A program made the translations under genes and the position numbers. This document shows positions 1 to 12,754 of a DNA stretch of 64,000 nt, piece by piece (position 1 is the stretch's first letter; every line of letters begins with the position of its first letter). The DNA comes from Octopus sinensis (Eukaryota): contig NC_042998.1 of the NCBI RefSeq assembly GCF_006345805.1, positions 180,544,001 to 180,608,000 on the forward strand, written 5' to 3'. Below the pieces are notes generated by a model. It searched no databases. It saw only the letters and a list, made by a program, of their open reading frames with translations, and was not told where the DNA came from.

Positions 1-652
1 TTCAGGAGAGAGCTAAGTTAGCAGCACGTTATGAAGCGTTGAATTCCATTGTTTTGTTTCAGAGATGGTGGCGTGCATGGAAAAGTAATCTTGTAGAACT
101 AGGTTCGGAGACAATAAACAGTTGTCATGCAAAGCTGATGACCACGGGCCTTTTGAACGACGCAGCAAGAAGTGGCCATCCAACCACGTCCCGTTCAGTG
201 GAGAGCGTGGCAACAGTGCAGGAAATGTTTAATCGCAGACAGCAAAAATCTACACTTCAAGCAGCTCGTGAAAGTGGACTAACAAGATACATAATACTGA
301 AAAGTGTGATCGCTGAAGTCCAGAAGTCCAGCTCTCATTCCATGTGATTTTTACCCGTGGAGTTACACAGTAGAGGAGTGTACTAGACAAAACGTCGCAC
401 GCTGGGGGACTTTGAGACACGGATTCAGGAAGTTCTCAATATCCCAGACGACGTCCTTTAGAAGGTTGTTCATTCCGTCCTTGGTCGTTTTAGGAAACTG
501 GTTGACGCCACTGATGCTTACGCTGAGACATGAAGATTTAGTTTCATTTTCCCATGTAATAAAGAACATGTATCATTTGTTTCAATACATTTATAAAAGG
601 AATATAGATTTTATTACCAATTTTAATGCTTACTTACTTATCACCCACCATG

Positions 653-655
<3 letters not shown>
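1..655 (+). mobile_element. Decayed, internally deleted Tc1/mariner-superfamily transposon (runs off window start)
   Basis: ORF 39-347 gives HTH-like 'TGLLNDAARSGHPTTSRSVESVATVQEMF..KSTLQAARESGL'. It is followed directly by 'LIPCDFYPWE' (DLxPCDFxLWG-like, ~334-365) and a C-terminal 'TLGDFETRIQEVLNIPDDVL*KVVHSV..R' segment; the catalytic middle is missing. Confidence 0.6.
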
Positions 656-709
<54 letters not shown>

Positions 710-727
710 TGTGTGTGTGTGTGTGTG
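655..727. repeat. (TA)n(TG)n microsatellite
   Basis: Directly visible dinucleotide array. Confidence 0.95.
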
Positions 728-733
728 CATGTA

Positions 734-1595
734 CGTGGTCTGATCAAAAAGTATCCAGATTGATGCCATAATAACGAAGCGAAAGGACACAGACGGAAGC
801 CGCTTGGCACAGATTGACATTCATGCGCACTAAGTTTTAACTTTCTAGCTAACTTCCTGTCTTTACAGCAGTGTTTGGGGGGACGTTGTGTAGTGTGTGA
901 TAGTGGCATTGACCATGACAGAGAAAGTAGACCAGAAATTCTGAATAACTTTTGCCAAAAGCTTGGTTATACCTGCTCAGAGGCCTATGCAAAGTTTTCA
1001 AACAATTTTCATCTTTCTCATCACAATCAAAGAGATCTTGTGCAACTGAAAACCTGAGTGTCTTTTCGGTCAGCTGAAAGCAGTTTTGGCACAAACTTTG
1101 CAGGCACACGTTTCATACTCAAATCTTCAACAATAATGGACTGAACCGAACGGTAACTAATCTACACATCTTCTGATAACTTACGGATGGTGATTCGACG
1201 ATTTCTCCCCACAGCTGCACGCACATCTGATTTTCTCAGTTTTGCTGGTTGCGTGTCTCCCGGAACATTCGTCAATATCAACATTTTTCGGCCATCATGG
1301 AAACATTTCAACCACTTGTACACTTGTGTGCGGCTCATACACTCCTCTCCATACACATTCTGCAACCTTGCGTAGGCCGCTGAGCAGATATAGCCATGTC
1401 AACTTTGTCATGATCAATACCACGATCACACGCTACACACCTTCCTTCCAGGCATTGCTGTAAATAGCGGAAGTGAGCCAGAATGTTAAAACTTAGTGCA
1501 CATGCACAGCAGAATTCAAGGTCAATCTATGTCGAGCGACTTTACTCTGTATGCTTTAGCTTCGTTACTATGGCAACAGTCTGGATACTTATTGA
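734..1595 (-). mobile_element. Mariner derivative bounded by long (~250 bp) inverted copies of its 5' end
   Basis: 744-785 matches the reverse complement of 1554-1595 (5 mismatches in 42), and gapped similarity continues inward (to ~993 vs ~1365). The minus strand encodes 'QNVYGEECMSRTQVYKWLKCFHDGR', 'RRITIRKLSEDV' and 'QLTEKTLRFSVAQDL'. Confidence 0.85.
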
Positions 1596-1644
1596 GAATA
1601 AAAAAAAACTTGTGGATTTAGTAATCAAGGTGTTGTATATATAA

Positions 1645-2622
1645 CAGGTGTTGTCAAAAAGTTTCTGCACTATTTCTGTAACGGGACGGCAGATAGCAGC
1701 ACACGGTTGTGTGCGCAGTGGGAGCTAACAGTGACCTTCATGAGGCTATGTGTCGAGTGATATTGCTGTGTTTGCAAGTTGTGAAATTTGTGTTTTTGTG
1801 ATCACGTGTATCCTATAGTCTGCGATTGTGTTATAGACAGTAAGTTTGAACAAAGATCCAATGTGAAATTTTACGTTAAACTTGGAAAGTCTGATACAGA
1901 GGTACTGAGCATGCTTCGGAAAGCTTACGGCAACGGGGCAATGGGTCGTACGCAACGTTTTCGAGTGACATGGGTGCGTCAAGAGCGGAAGAACATCCTT
2001 GGAAGATGATCAGTGATCTGGAAGACGGAAATGTGGTGAAAATTCCCCAGCGTCGGAGGACAATCAACGGCATTACTGATGTTTTTGGTCTGTTGTATGG
2101 ATCCGTGCAGGTAATCTTAACACCTGAATCTCTGCTGAGTTTGCCCACCTCATGCTGACCACTGAACGGAAACATTGCGTCGAGGTATGTCAAGTACTCC
2201 GTGAGCGTGTTGCTGAAGACCCATTCGTCATGTCCAGGATCATCACCGGTGACGAGAGTTGGGTCTACGGGTACGACCTTGAGACAAAGAAACGGTAGTC
2301 TCAATGAAAAAACCCTTCATCTTCATGACCGAAGAAGGCACCACAGAGCCGCAGCTCAATCAAGAGCATACTCTCTTTCTTTTATTCTTTTACTTCTTTC
2401 ACTCACTTGACAGCGGCCATGCTGGAGCACCGCCTATAGTCGAGCAAATATACCCCAGGACTTATCTTGTGTAAGCTTAGTACTTATTCTGTCGGTTCTT
2501 TTGCCGAACCGCTAAGTTACGGGGACGTAAACACACCAGCATCGGTTTTCAAGCGACGCTGGCGAGCAAGCACAGACACACAAATGCATATATACACATA
2601 TACACACACACGCGCACACACA

Positions 2623-2684
<62 letters not shown>

Positions 2685-3377
2685 TACGATGGGCTTCTTT
2701 CAGTTTCCGTCTACCAAATCCATTCACAAGACATTGGTCGGCCCGAGGCTATAGTAGAAGACACTTGCCCAAAGTGCCACGAAGTGGGACTGAACCCGGA
2801 ACCATGTGGTTGGTAAACAAGCTACTTACCACACAGCCACTCATTTTTTTTACATCAGCATTGTACATCGACATTTCGACCCCTCAATGCCGGACGGTCA
2901 ATCGAAAGTTCTACTGCGAAGTTTTGAAGCATCTGAGGGAGGATATTCGGTGAAAGTGACTGGAACTGAGGAGCGCGAAGAATTGGACTATTCAGGAGGA
3001 CAATGCACCCTGTCCCTGATTTCTCTTCAGTCGTGAGTTTCTCGCCAAAAGCAATATAGTATTGCTTCTGCATCTGCCTCATTCACCAGATTTAGCACCT
3101 GCAGACTTCCATCTCTTCCCCAAGATGATAATGCAGATCAAATTTCACCTTTTTTCAGACCGTTTTCGAGATTCAGAGCGAATCGCAGTAGACCGTCAAC
3201 TCGCTTACGGAAAACGACTTCCAGGCGGATTCCAAAACTGCCAGGAACGCTAGGACCGGTACATGCGTTGCGCAAGGTGACTATTTCAAAGGAGAGGTTG
3301 TTAAAACTTAGGTGAATAAATAATTTTTTTATAACAGAATTGGTCCAGTAGACCGGAGCATTTTTGATACCACCTCG
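1645..3377 (+). mobile_element. Decayed DD34D mariner transposon interrupted by a SINE
   Basis: Motifs in shifting frames: 'EQRSNVKFYVKLGKSDTEVLSMLRKAYG', 'RIITGDESWVYGYDLETK' (~2236-2290), 'TVNRKFYCEVLKHLREDIR', 'EDNAP', 'HLPHSPDLAPADFHLFPKM'. Degenerate TIRs at ~1645-1682 and ~3331-3377, with TA after the right end. Confidence 0.88.
2374..2842 (-). mobile_element. SINE family A (tRNA-derived head, internal (TA)(TG) microsatellite), nested in mariner
   Basis: Reverse complement matches the copy at 36806-37210; A-box TGGCTGTGTGG, B-box GGTTCAGTCCC; 'actc' on both junctions with the mariner. Confidence 0.9.
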
Positions 3378-3384
3378 TATATAT

Positions 3385-3438
<54 letters not shown>

Positions 3439-3450
3439 ACACACACACAC

Positions 3451-3483
<33 letters not shown>

Positions 3484-3512
3484 GTGAGAGAGAGAGAGAG
3501 AGAGAAAGAGTC

Positions 3513-3782
3513 ATCCCATAAATAATGCGGTTTTTTTATACTTCATTTATTTTTTAAAAATTAAGATAAAGTTCATTTTTAATCTAAAATATACTCTCCT
3601 CCATTTCCTACAATGCTCTTCCATCTATCTGTTAGGCTTGCAATGTTCCTCTTCCAAAATTCACTTGTCCGTGACAAAAGATACTCTTCTAGTACTCTTT
3701 GACATCGTCTACAGAATTCAAATTTTGTCAGTCCAAATGATTTCGAAGACTGTGGAATAAATGATAATCAGATGGGGCAGGT
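3513..3782 (-). mobile_element. Mariner 3' fragment
   Basis: Minus strand reads 'APSDYHLFHSLRNHL...EFWKRNIASLTDRWKSIVGNGGEYILD'. Confidence 0.8.
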
Positions 3783-3979
3783 ATTTTATGATAAATGAAT
3801 CTAATAAATCTGAAATGCAGAATGTGTCTGTCTGATCAGCAGCAGAACGGTGACAACTCCCAGAAAGTTTAAGTTCTTACAGAACTCATTAGTGAAAGAA
3901 TTTCCTATCGTAGTTATTGGACATGTTTTAGCCCATCGGCTGCTACTGTACTATGAGGTCTCTATTAGTATCACTTCTA

Positions 3980-4092
3980 CAGCATTCTCTCTCCCGTCTC
4001 TTACCTCACTCTCATCTCTCCCTATCCTCCTCTCTTCTCTTTCTGTCTCTCATCTCTCTCCACTCTCTCACCTATCTCTCTCTCTTCTTGCG

Positions 4093-4132
<40 letters not shown>
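3980..4132. repeat. (CT)n-rich pyrimidine tract
   Basis: Directly visible. Confidence 0.85.
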
Positions 4133-4135
<3 letters not shown>

Positions 4136-4326
4136 GGGTTTTGTTGGATGAGAGAATTGGATATCACTCCACTTATTTCTGTTTCTTGTCTAGATGTGGT
4201 ATTTAATACGTCCACATCTAGCCTTGCAGATTTCTAAGAATTTTAGTTAAGGAGTTATGAAGTTGTCGACACTTAGTACTAATCTAAAATGGCATCGGTT
4301 CATTACTCTGGAAATATATATATATA

Positions 4327-4696
4327 CTAGCAGTATCGCCCAGCGTTGCTCGGGTTTGTAAGGGAAATAGCTATATAAGTATTTTTAGAGTGTTATAGCC
4401 CAAAAATAGTTTTAAAAATGCATTAAAAATGGAAAAGACTCATCGTAGACATTTTCAGAGAGTTACTTCCCTTATATAATATCGAAAAAAATGCATTAAA
4501 ATGGAAAAAAAATTATGGTAAATTTTTTTTCAAATCGTAGACTCATCGTAGAAGCGCGGTAATACCCAGAAGGGATCGATATGAATCACGACTATAAGAT
4601 ACCCGGTTTTGGTTAAACTGCACCGCAAAATGTGGGAGTAGTTAGGAATCTAAATCGTAGGAGACAGACACACAACTTGACTTTTAAATATAAAGA
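4327..4696 (-). mobile_element. Non-autonomous Helitron
   Basis: On the minus strand it starts A|TC (4697/4696) and ends with hairpin CCCGAGCAACGCTGGG then CTAG|T (4327); the same 3' end is at 28514-28545. Confidence 0.75.
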
Positions 4697-6184
4697 TGTC
4701 ACACAGTATGTAATTTTAATATACCCACATCTGTACCTTGTACATCGGTTTCAGTTAATGTATTCAAATGTTGTGGGCCTTAAACTGCCCCAGCATCGAG
4801 TCTCTACACTTGATTTATTTATAAGTTTATGACTACTCACAAACGGTCAATGTTTTGAAAGAGGCAAAACACCAGCAAGAAACGAATTAAGATTTAAAGA
4901 AACTTGAAAATATTAGAAGTAGTTAGCTTGTAAATTGTTATTTCAATACAGCAACTTATAGTGTATCTTCAGTAAGGAGGCTTATGTTGTTTGCTTTCAT
5001 CGATGTATATATACACCTCTGTCTGCCTGTATTATATATAAGTATATGGAGGTTTCAATGTAGGTCTATTTTCATTTTCTATAAGATATATTAATATGGA
5101 TTTATAAATTGCAGTCTCCCGCTTGTTGTCCTCTATAAATTGTTTGCACACACAAACACTTAGGATCATCCATGGAAGTAATATATTCACTCGAAATATA
5201 ATTTTAATTTCATATTCTTTTTTGTCTTTTGTTTTCCTGTCATATTTTGTAGGTTAGAATTTAAAGATTAATACAATAAGTTTTATATTAGGTTGTCTAT
5301 GGCTGTATTCAAGTGTGGATAAGAGTGAGAGGAAGCGTAGGGTATATGGTAGTGTTGTGTTGTTTCTACAATATTTACATAGTGTTTTATAAAAATATAT
5401 CATCAGAAAACATCTAAGAATGTTTCGTAAAAATGATTTTGTCGTAAGACAGATATTCAGAAATGTGGCAAAGAATCCAGCTCATTCTCTTGGCAGTGTG
5501 CATCGGGGCAATGCAATAAAATTTAGAAATCAGACGTTCAATCTTATTAGCGTAATAAAATAGGAACGAGGCAATAAATAACGACACCATGTTCTTATTT
5601 ATGGCGTTATATTAAATAGATAAATGTGTATATGCCTTCAGCAGAGATGTGCATGCATCAGATATAGAATACATTGAATAAGAAATTGTCATGCATTGTT
5701 AAGTTTTAGTTGCCAGTGAATTTACAAGTCTTGGAACGCATATATCTGCGCATGGCATACTGTCCGTACATGAACTTTATGGTACATCAATATCAACATA
5801 TAACAAACTGTTAGACGAGATTGCGGCTGCATATAAACACTGCTAAGAAAAAGAAAATTAAACAAATAATCATATTCAGACAAGGAAGGGGAAAAAAATT
5901 ATATAAATAACAAAAGATATATGAGAACATAAGATTAAAAATATGATTAAAATAAATTACTTGGCGAAAATGGAGAAAAAAATGCTAGTCTAACCAGAAA
6001 CACTGCGTAAGTATGTGTGCGTAGTGTTTCTTTCTGTATGAGTGTGAATGTGTATATAGAAGCATATAGACAGCATGCATATATGTATGTGTCGTTGTGT
6101 GGTCGCGCGTGCGTGTGTGGATAGAGAAAAAATATTAATCTACACATATACACAAATATGTATGTACATTCATATTTTCAACTA

Positions 6185-6206
6185 TACACACACAAATATA
6201 CATAAG

Positions 6207-6240
<34 letters not shown>

Positions 6241-6264
6241 CATGGTTAAAGATATATATATATT

Positions 6265-6296
<32 letters not shown>

Positions 6297-6400
6297 TATA
6301 TTTATATATACATATTTATATATATATTTATTTATATATATATATATATATTTATATTATATATATTATATATTTATATATATTATATATATATATATTA

Positions 6401-6442
<42 letters not shown>

Positions 6443-6720
6443 CTATATATATATATTTATATATATAATATATATTTATATTTATATATATATATTATAT
6501 ATATATATAAGCGTGTGTGTGTTTATATGTACATTTATATGCATATATATACATGCATATAAATATACATATATATATAAGTATATATAAACTCATGTAT
6601 ATTGTTATATCTGTGTGTGTGAGCGCGCGCGCATGCATGAGGGTGTGTGCGTGTATATATACGCGTACATATAATAATTATTTGTGTATGTATGTATATG
6701 TCAGTTTGAGTGTATAAGTG
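6185..6720. repeat. Large degenerate (TA)n/(CA)n microsatellite block
   Basis: Directly visible; explains the YIYI ORFs. Confidence 0.95.
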
Positions 6721-7992
6721 TATTATTGTGTATCATTTTTATTTCTTTCTGTTTCTAGGAGACAGATAGACCCTAAAAAAAGTTCTATACATACATATGT
6801 GGAACGAAAGAAAGATAAGTGAAAATTAAAAAACGAAAAAAAAAAATGCATTTGGTTTGCTGCAAATATTTGTGCAATCATTAGCTTTTTATTTCGCGGA
6901 GAAAGATAACGGAAATAATTTTGGTCTGTGTCGCGGAAAATTATCGTAAAAACATTTCATATTTATTGATGACACTTTAATACTTGTATATACTTGATTC
7001 CATAATTCATCCACTATAATTCATTATTCGTCTAGCGATAGCAAGAGATGAAGATTATGGACCACAGTAAATATGGATATAGAAATAATTAATTCTTTTA
7101 TATATTATATATATAATAATAAATATAAATCTGTATATGTATGAGCTTCTACGAATCTAATGGTATGTTGTAAAGAAGGCAAAGTTAAGATAGCAGCTTT
7201 GCTTAATTTATGTGCATTTATATGTTCCTGCATTTATCTAACTTTTGCTTTTGCAACGTTTTGATATGAAAGTTTTTCGTTTTTAGTTAAAGAACTCCAA
7301 GGGTGAAAACTGCAAATGCGTGTGTAACCTTTTTGAGTCTTGAGAATATTCCTCTTCGAAATCACCTAAGTTTCATTATTTCCCAATTTCTATTACTCCA
7401 CTTCAGCGTGAAGCATTCTGTTTTACACACATATACCAAGATATCAAGTGATCGCCTGGCCAGGCTATCATATGTTATTAAACATCGCTGGTCACGATGC
7501 GTTTTGCCTTGTTTTGGTAGGCCAAACATATACATGGGTGTGTGTGTGTGTACGTGTTTGTGAATTCGCGCATTAATTAACGCATTTTGCCTTGTTAAAA
7601 TGATTAATGTAAGCAAAATGGGAAAAAAAATTGTATAGATAAATTTAAAGATTTACATCTAATTCCATTTGTAGCTATTTCACTTCAGTTAATTCAATCA
7701 TACTTCAAGCGCAGAGAATATTTGAGACTATGTGAAGTAAATACGAACGATATAGCGTATCTCATAAAATCCCATCAAAATTGCCTGGATTTCTTGTAAA
7801 TGCATCAAAACACAAATTTCATTTCCTTTGACCAGTTAACAATTTTAAGTACCTATTCACTGAGCGTTCTCTTCGTGAATGGTCAAACAAGCAACTATTT
7901 TTCTCATGCTTGTGCGTGTCAAAAATACATTCGTTAATTCAAAATAAATCTCTTTTGCAGAGGGTGTACGGTTGTCATTAGGGTCATTAGTA

Positions 7993-9135
7993 TCAGGTCA
8001 TTAAGAACGAAATGTTCGATTTTGAACTGAAAGTTTATTTTACTTTATCTCAACTAAAAGCAACGCAGTTAATCAAAGTATGCACCTAAATTATCAACAC
8101 CATCTTATCGGTTGCTTATTTATGCCGGCTGCAAAGAATTCTAAAGAACAAGAGGTGATGAAATCACGAAAGGCTGTTTTTGCATCTTCTTCAGATTTGA
8201 AGTTTTTCCTTGTAAAAAGTTGTCTAATGCCCTCAAAAACGTGATGGTCAGTTGGTGCAAGGTCTGGTGAATATGGTGGATGACAGAGTACTTCCAAGTT
8301 CAGTTCCTGTAACTTGTGTAGCGTTCTTTGTGTAATATGTGTTCGAGAATTGTTTTGCAAGAGAATTGACCTGTCTCTATTGACCAATCTCGGTTGCTCA
8401 ATAGCAGGTTCACTCATCATATCATCCAATTGGTTGAGGTATACGTCTGCTGTTATTGACTTACCAGGTTTCATGAAGCTGTAGTGGATGACATCATCGT
8501 TGGTGAATATTCTTTCTTGGACTGTGTTTTGGCACTTCGTCTCTATCCAACCACCTCACTAATGTTGGAAGTGACAACAAAGAACAGCAAGTTTTACTTG
8601 ATGCTCGTTCAGTTCGTGTGGTATCCACTTGTCCAGCTTCTTTTCCTTGCCGATTTGTTTCAGATGGTCCAGTACAGCTGGAATCAAAACACCATCCCTT
8701 GCCGGGTAGTCTGAGCTGTATCCGCTTCCACTACATTTTCCAGCTCATCCTTATCCATCTTGGTCGCAGATCTACCACGGGGCTGATTTTCAAGAGGAAA
8801 GTCACCAGACCAAAACTTCTCAAACCAACGACGTACTCTGCGCTCATTCGCCATCGCTACATCTTCATCAAACACCTCATTGATGTTTCGCGCCGTCTGG
8901 GATGCATTGGTTCCACGACGGAACCCATATTCATAAACAACACTAATTTTTCATTTATCCATGGATTCACAAAACTTGATTTATAAGAGAAAATTCAAAA
9001 TATAAACAGACACTATGAATTGCATTTCGAAAAGTGATGATGTAACTCTTCAATGTTGTAAGACAAAGACTTTTCAGGATAAAACATCAAACTTGGTGCA
9101 TAAGAAAATCGGACATTTCATTCTTAATGACTTGA
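7993..9135 (-). mobile_element. Near full-length decayed mariner transposon with TIRs and TA TSD
   Basis: TIR tcaggtcattaagaacgaaatgttcgatttt (7993-8023) matches the reverse complement of 9105-9135; TA at 7991-92 and 9136-37. Peptides 'NERRVRRWFEKFWSGDFPLENQPRGR' and 'HPPYSPDLAPTDHH'. Confidence 0.92.
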
Positions 9136-9428
9136 TATATTGTGGTTTATCAGTATCATTTTCTTCAGTTCTTTAGGGGAAATTTTCACACCAGAAATAA
9201 CACCAATACAGTAGAAAGCTGCTATTTAATTTGACAATGACTATCTAGACAATATATTTTTCGTAACTGCTGGCTGACGTTTAAAACTTAACTGTTCAAA
9301 CATCAAGTCCATGATTAAAACCTATTTTCCTATACGGCATGTGGTTTGTTATCGTACTAAAGCATATTCTTATTTAAATGTTCAAGGTATTTCGTGCTAG
9401 TTACTGTCCAGAAACTAGGTGGTTATGT

Positions 9429-9654
9429 CGAGCTGGCAGAAACGTTAGCACGCTGGGCGAAATGCTTTGTGGTATTTCGCCTGCCGCTACGTTCTGAGTT
9501 CGAATTCCGCCAAGGTCGACTTTGCCTTTCATCCTTTCGGGGTCGATTAAATAAGTACCAGTTACGCACTGGGGTCGATATAATCGACTTAATCCTTTTT
9601 TCTGTCCTTGTTTGTTCTCTCTGTGTTTAACTCCTTGTGGGTAGTAAAGAAATA
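9429..9654 (+). mobile_element. SINE family C (central domain resembles the MetaSINE/MESC domain), tail type 1
   Basis: gagctggcagaa head, GAGTTCGAATTCC B-box, 'gcctttcatcctttcggggtcgat..ataagtacc' core; 8-bp TSD ggttatgt (9421-28, 9655-62). Confidence 0.85.
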
Positions 9655-10444
9655 GGTTATGTATCGCATAAAATTAAGTGTCAATACAAACTAAATAACA
9701 TGAAATATACCGCAAAATTTGAGAAAATATCAATGATATAAATGTGTAAGTTTTAACTGCCGATATTTTTAACGTTGCATAAATAAATTTCAAGTATTAT
9801 TAGTCGCATTCATATTTATATTTATTAGTTCTCTATCTCTCATTCATACACTATTATATTTTGTTCTCTTACGTCATCCAAAGCCTATATGCTGACTCAT
9901 TTTTCACAAACCGAAACCTCCATATTTATGCAGAATATCTTTAGCTTCTTTTATTTTAGAATATTCGTGGTAACTTCAGAAATTACAGGCAACGATGACT
10001 AATGACACATAAACTCCCACCAATATCGAACTTGCTTTGCAAATTCTGTAAGCTGTGAGCTTAAAACCTATTCTACAGTAAATACAAGCTTCCCAAATTC
10101 TTTCAGGCAACTTCATTTTATAAAAAAAAATGTATGGGATTGATACAAATAAAAATGATATATTTCGGGTAGTTACTAAAGCAGAAGAAAATTTCTGCTT
10201 GACCTTGTGCAACTTCTTTGCTTGATTTGCGGCCGAAGTCCAGAAACCACCAGCTGAGCGATCATAATAACACACAATCCAAACTTGATTTCGCGTTGGA
10301 GTTATATCACGTGATAGTTTACTAATGTAGCCAGCACGGCTTCATATTATCTTTATTCAAAACTTCATTACATCTATGCAATAGCCTTTAGGGGATATTT
10401 TGAAGATGATATCTTCTGCTTATGATTTTATAGATAGCTGCAAG

Positions 10445-10480
10445 ATGCTACTCTGGAGTACATTTCCTGTTGTATCTTTG
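10445..10480 (+). CDS. Possible short first coding exon (MLLWSTFPVVSL), host gene unknown
   Basis: aagATG context, hydrophobic 12 codons ending at a strong donor TG|GTGAGT, in repeat-free sequence; no downstream exon identified. Confidence 0.2.
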
Positions 10481-10659
10481 GTGAGTGTTTTTTTTTCTTT
10501 TATTTTTTACTCTAGATAGCCTGGATAAAAGTCTCCTTAAATTACTGTTTGCTAACAGAGCTGGCCAAAGCACAACGTGACTAGAACAAAAACACTTTCA
10601 CGGAGAGCAATATATGAAATAACGGTTCACTGATGCTAACATTTGGCAATCATAGAAAT

Positions 10660-10709
10660 GCACACATACGTACATACATGCATGCATGCATACAAATATG
10701 TGTATGTAT

Positions 10710-10785
<76 letters not shown>

Positions 10786-10795
10786 GTATATATAT

Positions 10796-10838
<43 letters not shown>

Positions 10839-10885
10839 TGTATGTATGTATGTATGTATGTATATATATATATATATATATACAC
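10660..10885. repeat. (TA)n/(TATG)n microsatellite
   Basis: Directly visible. Confidence 0.95.
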
Positions 10886-11019
10886 GCACAGTAGCGGCAA
10901 GTGTTGAAACATGAGTGGCTAGAAGTTGACAGCCTTGTTATCCCCGTAAGTGCCTCCAGGTCTTCGGCCATGAGGAAAAACACAGAGTGACAGAAGTAGT
11001 ACATGCAAGCAGATAAGCA

Positions 11020-11040
11020 GAGATAGATAGACAGACAGGC

Positions 11041-11128
<88 letters not shown>
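11020..11128. repeat. (GATA)n microsatellite
   Basis: Directly visible. Confidence 0.95.
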
Positions 11129-11131
<3 letters not shown>

Positions 11132-11348
11132 CTGAAGATTAAAAATTCACACAAGTTTTGAACACTGTGCCATATGTCACTTATACCGTTCATGTTTACT
11201 GCACATAAACACGTTGCAGCAGAATTATTTCCCTTCAGCCGGGACGACTTTGTTGAAAATGGCCACGAAAGAAATTGAACAAAGTCACATCATAATCTTT
11301 ATGCATCTTCTGGATAAATTCATGAAATAACAAATAAGGCCCACATTG

Positions 11349-11560
11349 TTTACTCTTTTACTCTTTTACTTGTTTCAGTCATTTGACTGCGGCCATGCTG
11401 GAGCACCGCCTTTAATCGAGCAGCTCGACCCCGGGAATTATTCTTTTGTAAGCCCAGTACTTATTCTATTGGTCTCTTTTTGCCGAACCGCTAAGTAACG
11501 GGGACATAAACACACCAGCATCGGCTGTCAAGCAATGCTAGGGGAACAAACACAGGCACA

Positions 11561-11638
<78 letters not shown>

Positions 11639-11821
11639 CATACATACATACATATATACGACGGGCTTCTTTCAGTTTCCGTCTACCAAATCCACTCACA
11701 AGGCTTTGGTCGGCCCGAGGCTATAGTAGAAGACACTAACCCAAGGTGCCACGCAGTTGGACTGAACCCGGAACCATGTGGTTGGTAAACAAGCTACTTA
11801 CCACACAGCCACTCCTGCGCC
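11349..11821 (-). mobile_element. SINE family A, full length
   Basis: Complete head GGCGCAGGAGTGGCTGTGTGG through (TAAAAGAG)n tail on the minus strand. Confidence 0.92.
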
Positions 11822-12344
11822 TATTTAGATATAATAAACGACAATTACCTGGAAAACTGGGTTATAATGACCCAAAAATTATAAAGACTCATTTTAAAGG
11901 AGAGCTGTTGGTTTAATTTAGACCTGTACTATACCAATACTATTCAATTATATCTGTCTTTCTAAATTTAAATAGAAATTCCTCCATTCCTTACTTTTTT
12001 GGTTTTAATACGCATTTCTGGCAGCTTTAGCTGTTTAATAGTGAGTTCCATGGTTATTTTCAGCTTACCGAAAATCCTTTTTATTTCAGTATGGAATGAA
12101 ATGTATAACTGACGATGTTGATAAACTTGTTTTGTTGTATATTGTCCAACTCTTCTCGTGTGTACTAGCCGCTTAAATGCTTGAAGCTTACTAACTTCCA
12201 ACACTTGGATCCCTAGATCGTACTTGCCAGTACATATGTATATTCATATATATATATATATATATCTGTCTATACACATCTATCTATCTATAATTGTAAA
12301 TCATATATATATATATACACACAAATATATGCACACACATATAT

Positions 12345-12754
12345 ATCCTTTTTATCCTTTTACTTGTTTCAGTCGTTTGACTGCGGTAATGCTGGATCAC
12401 CACCTTTAGTCGAGCAAATCGGCCCCAGGACTTATTCTCTGGAAGCCTAGTACTTATTCTATCGGTCTCTTTTTGCCGAACCGCTAAGTTACGGAGACGT
12501 AAACACACCAGCATCGGTCGTCAAGCGATATTGGGGGGACAAACACAGACAGAAACATATACACACACATAAATATATATACACATATATACGACGGACT
12601 TCTTTCAGTTTCCGTCTACGAAATCCACTCACAAGGCTTTGGTCGGCCCGAGGCTATACTAGACGAAACTGACCCAAGATGCCACGCAGTGGGAATGAAC
12701 TCGGAACCATGTGGTTGGTAAGCAAGCCACTTACCTCACAGCCACTCATGTACC
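12345..12754 (-). mobile_element. SINE family A
   Basis: Homologous to 11349-11821. Confidence 0.9.

Noticed and set aside
6075-6590. Long YIYI/HTHT/VCVC ORFs here and throughout (e.g. 10636-11193, 18681-19088, 50990-51418)
   Set aside because: Translations of dinucleotide microsatellites that lack stop codons; not genes.
11900-12210. Possible GIY-YIG remnant on the minus strand ('VGQYTT')
   Set aside because: A single weak motif echo; not enough to call.
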